Origin: a virus
Lineage: Duplodnaviria; Caudoviricetes
Virus record (IMG/VR): IMGVR_UViG_3300032310_000320
Coordinates: 1-64,000 of that record
DNA length: 64,000 nucleotides
Reading direction: 5' to 3' (one strand)
Under the pieces are notes generated by a model, which was not told where the DNA came from, searched no databases, and saw nothing but the letters and a program-made list of their open reading frames with translations. Shown piece after piece: positions 35,883 through 43,278 of this stretch. The translations under genes were made by a program, and so were the position numbers. How positions within the stretch are numbered: position 1 is the stretch's first letter; every line of letters starts with the position of its first letter.

Positions 35883-36524
35883 TTACCTCTGCTGCATTCG
35901 TTTGCCTATTTCCGTCATTGCCGTTGTAAATGGTTTTTGTGTAGGGGCGTAAAGTTGTGAGCTAGGATCACGCATCATTGCTATCTGCTGATCAGGCTCC
36001 GCTGTTGCAAACGCCGTGGCTTTCAACATATCGGTACCCGCGTTCCAATAATTTCCTTTTGCTGAGTGATCGGCAATTGTTTTGCGCAGGTGTTCTTGTA
36101 CGGACGGAGCAACGATATGTCTGCGTACAAGATCGGTTTCAGCAATACGCGCGCCTAAATTGTTTAAGGCGCCTTCATTAAAATGTCCAAGCGCTGCGCC
36201 ACCAAGACCACCCGCTAACGTGCCACCAAGTGCGCCACGCAACATGCCGCCAAAACGACTGCGACCTTTTTCGGGAGTTGAGAATGCACCATAAAGACCG
36301 CCGAGTCCTGCGCCAGCAAGTGCGCCAAGACCACCTGCACCTAACGTAACAGCGGTATCCGCCGCCATCTTTCCTAGCTCGGCTGCGGTAACATAGCTTT
36401 TCTTTTCGGTGTCTACAGTTTCAGGAAGCTTCTTAATGTCAGGCGTGTGCTCCGCCCAACGCTTAGCCATTTCTGGATGATTTGCGAACATCCATTTTTG
36501 CTGCGCTTTGGATTTAAATGGCAT
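35883..36524 (-). CDS. Glycine-zipper protein with internal TAAELG tag
   Basis: MPFKSKAQQKWMFANHPEMAKRW module, then VTAAELGKMAA and SRFGGMLRGA; AAGGAG RBS. Confidence 0.6.
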   Translation of the reverse strand: MPFKSKAQQKWMFANHPEMAKRWAEHTPDIKKLPETVDTEKKSYVTAAELGKMAADTAVTLGAGGLGALAGAGLGGLYGAFSTPEKGRSRFGGMLRGALGGTLAGGLGGAALGHFNEGALNNLGARIAETDLVRRHIVAPSVQEHLRKTIADHSAKGNYWNAGTDMLKATAFATAEPDQQIAMMRDPSSQLYAPTQKPFTTAMTEIGKRMQQR

Positions 36525-36536
36525 GACACGCTCCTT

Positions 36537-36548
36537 ATAAGTGCTTAT
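36537..36548. promoter_or_regulatory. Palindrome ATAAGYRCTTAT
   Basis: ATAAGTGCTTAT directly upstream of the AAGGAG RBS. Confidence 0.55.
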
Positions 36549-36581
36549 GCCATTATGCCAGAATTGTCGGCGCACTCAAAA

Positions 36582-37385
36582 CTACGTGTCGAAGAACTTA
36601 TCAATCTCGTCGTCAATTTCGTCTAGCTGCGCTTCAAATTCCGCATTCATGTCAAAAGTGCCTTCGGGATAGCTTGCGGCACTGAACCCAGAATCTTTAG
36701 CGTCATTCGACGGTGCGAATACTCCAGCCACAAATTGTTTAAGGAAGTCTAAGTTTGCAGCCAACTTATCCTTAAACAACATTGCAGTTTTACCCAGCAA
36801 GTTGTACACGAAATACGCCGACGCTACAGAGATGTTGTTCTGCGTGTGAATCTCATCAATACCTTTGTCGGCAATGATCGTGACAAGAGATTCAAGCGTG
36901 GACGTTAGGGCAAGAAGTGCCGACGCATCGTTCAAAGGTGTATCGTCGTCAGGATCCGTACGACTACAAAGGGTCTGACTCTGGACAATGGCTGTAGTCG
37001 CATCGTCGTAGCAAAAGGCAATGCTCACTGTCAAAGCATTGATGCGCTTGGTAGGATCTGTGCGCGTGGCCATGGTGTAGATAGGCCACAGCGTCAGAAT
37101 GATGTCCTGCCCCGAATGATTGTCGAGCATGGTCTCTAGCTGATTGTAAACGTCTACCTTAACTTCAGCTTCGTGACACAACTGCTTCTGATCAAAGTCA
37201 TGAAACTTATCAATCAGCCAAAACAGAAAAGCTGCTCGCGACGCACTGTGTTTGTGCTCTGATGCTTTAACTGTGTCTGCATCATCCCAGAACCGGTCGT
37301 ACAGTACCCTCAACAGATACGGTACGCCGGGATCCATGAACTCGCTATCGTCATCGTCATCAGAAGAGTCGTCGTATTTGCGCAC
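36582..37385 (-). CDS. Acidic hypothetical protein
   Basis: 267 aa ORF with GAGG RBS. Confidence 0.6.
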   Translation of the reverse strand: MRKYDDSSDDDDDSEFMDPGVPYLLRVLYDRFWDDADTVKASEHKHSASRAAFLFWLIDKFHDFDQKQLCHEAEVKVDVYNQLETMLDNHSGQDIILTLWPIYTMATRTDPTKRINALTVSIAFCYDDATTAIVQSQTLCSRTDPDDDTPLNDASALLALTSTLESLVTIIADKGIDEIHTQNNISVASAYFVYNLLGKTAMLFKDKLAANLDFLKQFVAGVFAPSNDAKDSGFSAASYPEGTFDMNAEFEAQLDEIDDEIDKFFDT

Positions 37386-37393
37386 GGCTAACC

Positions 37394-37738
37394 TCAGAAA
37401 ATGGCATTAACAGACGTAGCACTCACGCCGTTCTGTCCGGGCTGTGATCTTGCAACACTAATAGACACGGCTTCAGATGGTTGCATTGTACCTGAGGTCG
37501 CATCTGTCGTCGTAGTGATGCGAACGTTGTTGCTCAAGCAAAGACCAATGTTGCCAGAGCCGTCAGGGTAGAACAACTCAATGACACGATTCTGATCCAT
37601 GTAATTCTTGGCAAACGCAATAAACGCATCCAGAGTCTTGTCCGTAACTGTTGTGTCCGCATCAAATGCCGTCTTGAGATGTGTCACGATGTCAGGTAAA
37701 GACGATGCGTTTACAAATGCCGGAATCGTACTCATCAC
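37394..37738 (-). CDS. Hypothetical protein
   Basis: 114 aa ORF, GGAGG RBS. Confidence 0.55.
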   Translation of the reverse strand: MMSTIPAFVNASSLPDIVTHLKTAFDADTTVTDKTLDAFIAFAKNYMDQNRVIELFYPDGSGNIGLCLSNNVRITTTTDATSGTMQPSEAVSISVARSQPGQNGVSATSVNAIF

Positions 37739-38349
37739 GCCTCCACATCAAAAAAGAAGATCTGGAACAACCTTGAGGTTTCGTCGTCGTAACCAAAGTA
37801 ATCCGCAGCAGCATGAATCAACTGCGCATCCCACAGCACGATACGATTGTAGACATTACCAATTAAATCCACTGTGTCCCATGCCGTTCCGTCTAAAAGT
37901 TTGTTGGCATACGTCAGATGCAGCAACGTGTTTACATCCATGTTTAAATTTCTGGCATCTGCTTCTGTGGGAGGCCGTCTAAGCTTCGTCAGCTTAGATC
38001 TTACCGTGCGCAAACCAGCTTCAAGAGGCGCACCCGGAGTCAGAAACACGACAGCGGCATACGTCTGCATGTCAGAATGGTAAACCAGTTGATCTCCAGA
38101 CGTGCAGATTTGAAACACCCCATTGTGTGGATGCTCTGCCCAGAACGTAATGCGTTTTTGGAGAATAGCTTCAAAACGTTCTTTGATGCCCGGAAACAAG
38201 AATTGCTGGTTAGTACGCCGCCCCTTGTGATATTTTTCGTTGAGCTGAAACTCCTGCTGCAAAGCAAACCGGCGTACTGCATCTGGGTCTTGGTAAAAAT
38301 CATCAACAACAACAACCTTAGGCGCAATTGTCGGATTCAGTTGGAACAC
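37735..38349 (-). CDS. 2OG-Fe(II) oxygenase-like protein (DUF6445-type)
   Basis: VVVDDFYQDPD.VR..AL; YHSD (HxD); NRIVLWD...IHAA; RLFQIFF. Confidence 0.65.
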   Translation of the reverse strand: MFQLNPTIAPKVVVVDDFYQDPDAVRRFALQQEFQLNEKYHKGRRTNQQFLFPGIKERFEAILQKRITFWAEHPHNGVFQICTSGDQLVYHSDMQTYAAVVFLTPGAPLEAGLRTVRSKLTKLRRPPTEADARNLNMDVNTLLHLTYANKLLDGTAWDTVDLIGNVYNRIVLWDAQLIHAAADYFGYDDETSRLFQIFFFDVEA

Positions 38350-38479
38350 AAGGCCCCCTACTCTTTAATGTTCATAGTCACAAACACACCCAGAAAAAAG
38401 CATAGCGTACACGACACCGCATCAATAGAGTGTCTTATCAAATCGTGCAAATTTTGGTCAAAGTTGAAATGCCCAAACA

Positions 38480-39721
38480 TCAGTCAACACCCAAGAACGA
38501 AGCGATGTTGCTAGCGGCATTAGCGGCCGTAACACTACCAACGCGGGCAAGCTTAGATAGGGTTTCACGGGGTGGCTCAAGATCACCAATCAAGGTGTAA
38601 CACTGGATGCCCGAATCGTCATACCCTGTGTAGATGCCTCTGTGCAAAACAGTCGCAGGTTTCTCGGGATATCCACTACCTAATAGCTGATCCAATTGCT
38701 CAAATCCCGACATGAGGTAATCATCGGAAAAGGTCTGCTGTACTTCGGGACTGGTAACAAAGACACAGACACCCTTCTTACCTCGCCGCAGATCACAGGC
38801 TGACAAGACATTGTTGGCCAGCTCGTCTCTAATGACGCTGCGCACATCAGCAGGCGACGATACCTTGTTGGGATCGATGTAGGCTGAACCCATGACAAGG
38901 ATGCCCGAGTCAAGAAGCTGGAAGAATTCGCTCTGGTCAAACGTTACAAGGCCCTTACGATTAGCCGCGTAGTAATTGAAGACGTTGAACAGTTCCGCCA
39001 CTACAGAGTTAGCCTTGGGATAAAGATCAGCCATGGAAGACGAGTAAATGTTTTTGACTCTGGCGTTGTCAATCACAATCAAAGGACTGACCTTGGCAGC
39101 CATCAGTTCAGAAAACGCTTGAATGGCATTGCGGCACGTCAATTGGCCTTCGCCCGGTTGTGGCAATGAAACGATGGCGCCTACACGAGTATCTTCTCCC
39201 GTGGTCTGTGCCATGTGCTTGCGAGCTAACGCTACGAGGCTGGAGCTCATGCCTCCACCTGTACCACCACCGAGACCCGCGCAGATCAGAATGCAATCTA
39301 AAGGGCCGGAACCCCATGCCCTAAACAACAAGTCCCTTACGTCTGCGTCTCGGCTAGCCAAAACTTGCTTGGCCAACTTCATATCCTTGGATGCTCCGCC
39401 CACGTCCAAAGACAGTTTGGGCATCTCAGCATCTAGGCCATCAAAGTCGTTTACCGTGGTATTGAGAACACCTACACGTCGATATCCCAAGGCCCAGAAT
39501 GCTTGAGCAATACGACCACCTGCCTGACCACATCCCAACACGCCGATACGTGCTGCGACAGGGAAATACAAATTATCTTCAATTGGAGCTACTTGTTTAG
39601 TCGCTTGCTTAGATTGCGCCACAGATGTTGTCAGCGCAATGTTGCCGGGACGAGACGGCATAGGAGGACCAGATGGCTTCAATTGTTCCGCAGCGTTCAG
39701 AGACTTGGAAAAATCAGACAT
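38480..39721 (-). CDS. Tubulin/FtsZ-family GTPase (PhuZ/TubZ-like)
   Basis: GVLGCGQAGGRIA, LNTT, GLGGGTGGG tubulin signature, IVIDN and FDQSE. Confidence 0.85.
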   Translation of the reverse strand: MSDFSKSLNAAEQLKPSGPPMPSRPGNIALTTSVAQSKQATKQVAPIEDNLYFPVAARIGVLGCGQAGGRIAQAFWALGYRRVGVLNTTVNDFDGLDAEMPKLSLDVGGASKDMKLAKQVLASRDADVRDLLFRAWGSGPLDCILICAGLGGGTGGGMSSSLVALARKHMAQTTGEDTRVGAIVSLPQPGEGQLTCRNAIQAFSELMAAKVSPLIVIDNARVKNIYSSSMADLYPKANSVVAELFNVFNYYAANRKGLVTFDQSEFFQLLDSGILVMGSAYIDPNKVSSPADVRSVIRDELANNVLSACDLRRGKKGVCVFVTSPEVQQTFSDDYLMSGFEQLDQLLGSGYPEKPATVLHRGIYTGYDDSGIQCYTLIGDLEPPRETLSKLARVGSVTAANAASNIASFLGVD

Positions 39722-39724
39722 GTC

Positions 39725-40093
39725 TTACTCCGCAGACTTGGGTTGTTGTGGCTTCGTCCGTCCATACCTGTACGGATCCTGCCTAGCACCCTGACCTTCC
39801 ATAATGTCCTTGTGGGCATTCTGGATGTTTGAGCCGGTAGCTGGTACCGTCTGTGACATTATTGTGAGCTTGGCTTGTTTGACAAGCATATCTGCGGCCA
39901 TGCGTCCTAAGTCTGCGGCAGTGACAACTTTAGAAGGATTGATTTTAGTTAACATCTTTGAAACACCAGAAATTGTATCAGCTGGCGTCCTATCGCGGCG
40001 AATTTTATCTAGACCCTTGGTGACTTCTTCAATCTGACGATCTGAAGCTTCGTCTTCAACTGGATCATATTTCTTTACGCGTTTGCGTGGCAT
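39725..40093 (-). CDS. Small protein with internal TAADLG..KQA tag
   Basis: VTAADLGRMAADMLVKQA; AAGGAG RBS at 40093. Confidence 0.55.
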   Translation of the reverse strand: MPRKRVKKYDPVEDEASDRQIEEVTKGLDKIRRDRTPADTISGVSKMLTKINPSKVVTAADLGRMAADMLVKQAKLTIMSQTVPATGSNIQNAHKDIMEGQGARQDPYRYGRTKPQQPKSAE

Positions 40094-40105
40094 GTGCAAC
40101 TCCTT

Positions 40106-40117
40106 ATAAGTACTTTT
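40106..40117. promoter_or_regulatory. Near-palindrome ATAAGTACTTTT
   Basis: One mismatch; abuts the RBS of 39725..40093. Confidence 0.4.
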
Positions 40118-41168
40118 ACGGTGCCAACAAATCACACCACGTATCGTTAAACTTAGACGGCGTGTCGTCGGATTGTACGGCCATTGTCTCAAAAATCTTC
40201 TCTTGAGAAAACGCTAAGGCTGCGTATTTCACAAAATTGGACGTGTCGTGAATAGCCGCCGGAGCTTGCATCCAATTAGTTTTAACCTCACACGGTACTA
40301 AAACACCTGTCTCGTCGTTTCTGATAATTTCGTTGAATGGCGCAATGTCCCAAGCCAACACGGGACAACCACAAGCTAAAGCCAAGTTTGCAAATGTACC
40401 AAAATTGGATTTGCGAGACGCTAGCCACACCCAATCGTGGTTGTGAAAATCACTAGCGACGTTTTCCAGTGATGGCATTGAACGGAAAATCAACCTTGCG
40501 GGAAAATCTCGAAGCAGGTTTCTTATGGTTTGTTTGTCAGCAGGCGTAAACGACTTGGAATGCAATACGGTAAATTCCAAATGCCCGTGTGAATTAAGAA
40601 GCTCGTCTAATGCCGTCAAGATAAAATTGGCGCTGTTGCTTACTGCGTCAGAATCGACAACAACACATACCTTGATGCAGTTCTTGCGCACGCGTCCTTT
40701 TCGTTTAGTCGTAGGCATCCGCGTATCCCAAGGCATCTGAATCAATTTCTTGGTGCGCACTTTACCGTAAACACACTGAGTAAATGTTTTTTTAATTGTC
40801 GTAGTTGGTACCACACAATAATCAAAAAACGATTGAATTGAGGCGACAGAATCTACACGCGTTGAATGCCAAAGAGGTACCAAGATCTGAGTACACTTCT
40901 TGGCAATAGTTTTACGGTAGTGCTTAATCATGTTGATGTATTCGGGGTCAACACCGATGTGCACGATAGATGTGGCAGACAAGATCGCCGGCAACAGATT
41001 GATGCGTGACAGAACATGCGTATCCCAGAAGGGAGAAGCCACGCCTGCCTTTGGGCCATTAGGCAAAATGAATACTTCTCTGTTGGCTGTTTCAAGCGCA
41101 GCTTGGGCTACGCGCAACGCAGTAAAAGTAGTTTCATCTCGGCGATACGGGCTGTAGATGTAGATCAT
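40116..41168 (-). CDS. GT-B fold glycosyltransferase (GT4-like)
   Basis: SNFGTFANLALACGCPVLAWD..PFNEII..ETGVLV matches the Glycos_transf_1 C-terminus; ORF track 40116..41276. Confidence 0.7.
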   Translation of the reverse strand: MIYIYSPYRRDETTFTALRVAQAALETANREVFILPNGPKAGVASPFWDTHVLSRINLLPAILSATSIVHIGVDPEYINMIKHYRKTIAKKCTQILVPLWHSTRVDSVASIQSFFDYCVVPTTTIKKTFTQCVYGKVRTKKLIQMPWDTRMPTTKRKGRVRKNCIKVCVVVDSDAVSNSANFILTALDELLNSHGHLEFTVLHSKSFTPADKQTIRNLLRDFPARLIFRSMPSLENVASDFHNHDWVWLASRKSNFGTFANLALACGCPVLAWDIAPFNEIIRNDETGVLVPCEVKTNWMQAPAAIHDTSNFVKYAALAFSQEKIFETMAVQSDDTPSKFNDTWCDLLAP

Positions 41169-41971
41169 TGTCGTGTCCAATCGCCTTTGTTGTAACGCGG
41201 TCCTCGCGTCACCGAGCGATAGTGGAACACATAGCTCGATAGCGCTACGCCTGATTTTAACCCAAGCTTGTGCCATCTTGCTTGTAATTCGTATTCTTGT
41301 AAAGTCATGGCCGGTGTTGGATTAGGTTGACCCTTACTGTTAAACGGATTTGAATCCCTGAATGGCTGATCCACGGTATACATATTGTTCTGCCATGTGG
41401 ACGCTTTAGCCATCATGCAAAAACCATTAAGTGTCATGTCTTTTACTTTTGTGGAATGCTTTGCGAGCAGTTCGTTCTGCACGACATCTATAGCCGTGAT
41501 GTCAGGACCTCGGTAATTGTCAGAGTACAGTTTAATGTATTGATTTTCTTCCGTGCCCGGAGCATTGGTGACAGGACCAACCAAATCTAACCGATTGCTT
41601 TTAAGCGCCGATATCATGCCTATGTCGTAAGACTTGGGGAATACCACATCACTGTTAGTCACGCATATATAAGAAAAAGTGGAATTCCTAATAGCGGCAA
41701 GGATACCCGCATTCCACGTTTTAGTAAGCCCAACGTTTTCACAATTAACAAGTAAACGCAAACGTCTAGGATACTTTTCCGCAAGCGACCTGACGATGCT
41801 ATTGGGTACGTGCTCCCCGGTAGCATCTCTCTCGTGAAAATCAGGGCTGGCATCATCTACAAGAAAGACATGCGCCTCGACAGCAAATGCCGACTCTATG
41901 GCTGAGGTCACTGCCTTGGCCGCATAATCAAATTTACCGTAGGTGGGAATGATTACGCATAAGCGATCCAT
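41165..41971 (-). CDS. Glycosyltransferase family 2
   Basis: VIIPTYG, FLVDDASPD, NVGLTKTWNAG, NSDVVF and LVGPVTN. Confidence 0.85.
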   Translation of the reverse strand: MDRLCVIIPTYGKFDYAAKAVTSAIESAFAVEAHVFLVDDASPDFHERDATGEHVPNSIVRSLAEKYPRRLRLLVNCENVGLTKTWNAGILAAIRNSTFSYICVTNSDVVFPKSYDIGMISALKSNRLDLVGPVTNAPGTEENQYIKLYSDNYRGPDITAIDVVQNELLAKHSTKVKDMTLNGFCMMAKASTWQNNMYTVDQPFRDSNPFNSKGQPNPTPAMTLQEYELQARWHKLGLKSGVALSSYVFHYRSVTRGPRYNKGDWTRQ

Positions 41972-41988
41972 GCTTACCTCGAATTAAC

Positions 41989-42648
41989 TTAAACTGCGGG
42001 AGAAGACGTTGGTGGCGGTGGTGGCGCTGGCACCGGTTTTGGTACCGGTCGCGTTATAGTACGCTTTATCGTATGTCCGGGAATAGTGTCGGTATCGTCA
42101 TATGTGACTTGTTCTTGCGGATGCGCCGCAGGAGGTTCTGGTAATTTGGGTGCGGGCGGTGCGGGTAATTTTGGTGCTGCTTGTGTTGTGGTACGCCTTA
42201 TCGTACGTCCCGGATAAGTTGTATCATCGTCGTATGTCAAGCCTTCAACAGGTTGCGGACTTGGCGCTGGAGGTGGCGGTGCTTTGGGCTGGCGTGCTGG
42301 ATATGCTCCAACAGGAGATTTATAACTTTGTCTACTTCTTGATAAAAACTCTTCAATAGGGTCATTACTAATTGCTTTTTCGCGGTCCGCCTGTACCTTT
42401 GCGCGATGTGCATTTATTTCTGCTGGATCGGTGGTGCCCGTGGTCCGTCTTATTCTAAAACCCGGAATAGTTGTATCGTCAGCATATGTTACCTCTTCCC
42501 GTGGAACAGTTCGTGACGGCATCGGAGGTTCCGGCGCTGCTGATTTAAACAAAGCCGACCCAGTACCTAATTCAAACGCTGTTTTTGTTTGCGCAATATG
42601 CTTGCGTGCAACCGCTACACCAAGATCGTAAGCAGTTACAATTTTCAT
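41989..42648 (-). CDS. Pro-rich repeat protein with tandem TAYDLG/TAFELG tags
   Basis: MKIVTAYDLG..TKTAFELG..FKSAA; three TYxDxTTxPGxxIRRT repeats. Confidence 0.6.
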   Translation of the reverse strand: MKIVTAYDLGVAVARKHIAQTKTAFELGTGSALFKSAAPEPPMPSRTVPREEVTYADDTTIPGFRIRRTTGTTDPAEINAHRAKVQADREKAISNDPIEEFLSRSRQSYKSPVGAYPARQPKAPPPPAPSPQPVEGLTYDDDTTYPGRTIRRTTTQAAPKLPAPPAPKLPEPPAAHPQEQVTYDDTDTIPGHTIKRTITRPVPKPVPAPPPPPTSSPAV

Positions 42649-42684
42649 AGCAGCTTACTCACAATAAATAAAATTAATTTACTT

Positions 42685-42729
42685 AAAACGCCGGACATGC
42701 TTCGTATTGTACGGCATGCCCGGCGTTTT
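42685..42729. terminator. Bidirectional-looking hairpin terminator
   Basis: AAAACGCCGG..CATGC..GCATG..CCGGCGTTTT. Confidence 0.6.
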
Positions 42730-42752
42730 AAAGAAAAGCTAGAACTTAATGT

Positions 42753-43268
42753 TTAATCTGAGTCAACAGAGTTACCCAAATCGTTTTGACGTTCAAGTTC
42801 CTCGGCCCGACGCCGTTGCATTTCAAGTGCATGCGCATTTGAAGGTTTTTGCGTATCCAACGATCTTGGTATTGCCGCTTGACGGTGATATTCCCTAATT
42901 TTGGCAACCGCAGGATCAACTGGACGCGGCGGCACGGGAGTTGGACGCAACGGATCTGGTCGTTGCGCAATCTCAGCTAATCTAAGATCCCTGTGATGTT
43001 TGTTAACGGGATTATTTCCTGAGGGTTTAAACGGGATCGTAGTATTGGGTTTAGACCCTTGCAGTTCTGCGGGCGGGCCGACAAATTTATTAGGTTGCCA
43101 TGCATTTGCTGGATCTTGCGTAGCTTTATTAAACTGTGAAAACATGTTTAAATTTGCCGATGGTTTTGCTGGAGCCTGAGGTCCTAGCAAAGGACCGTTC
43201 ATAGCCGTCTTCTCAAACACAGATCTACTTGCTAATGCACCCAAATCAAACGCCGTCATAGTACGCAT
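42753..43268 (-). CDS. Pro-rich protein with TAFDLG leader
   Basis: MRTMTAFDLGALASRSVFEKTA; AAGGAG RBS at 43268. Confidence 0.6.
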   Translation of the reverse strand: MRTMTAFDLGALASRSVFEKTAMNGPLLGPQAPAKPSANLNMFSQFNKATQDPANAWQPNKFVGPPAELQGSKPNTTIPFKPSGNNPVNKHHRDLRLAEIAQRPDPLRPTPVPPRPVDPAVAKIREYHRQAAIPRSLDTQKPSNAHALEMQRRRAEELERQNDLGNSVDSD

Positions 43269-43278
43269 ATCTATCTCC

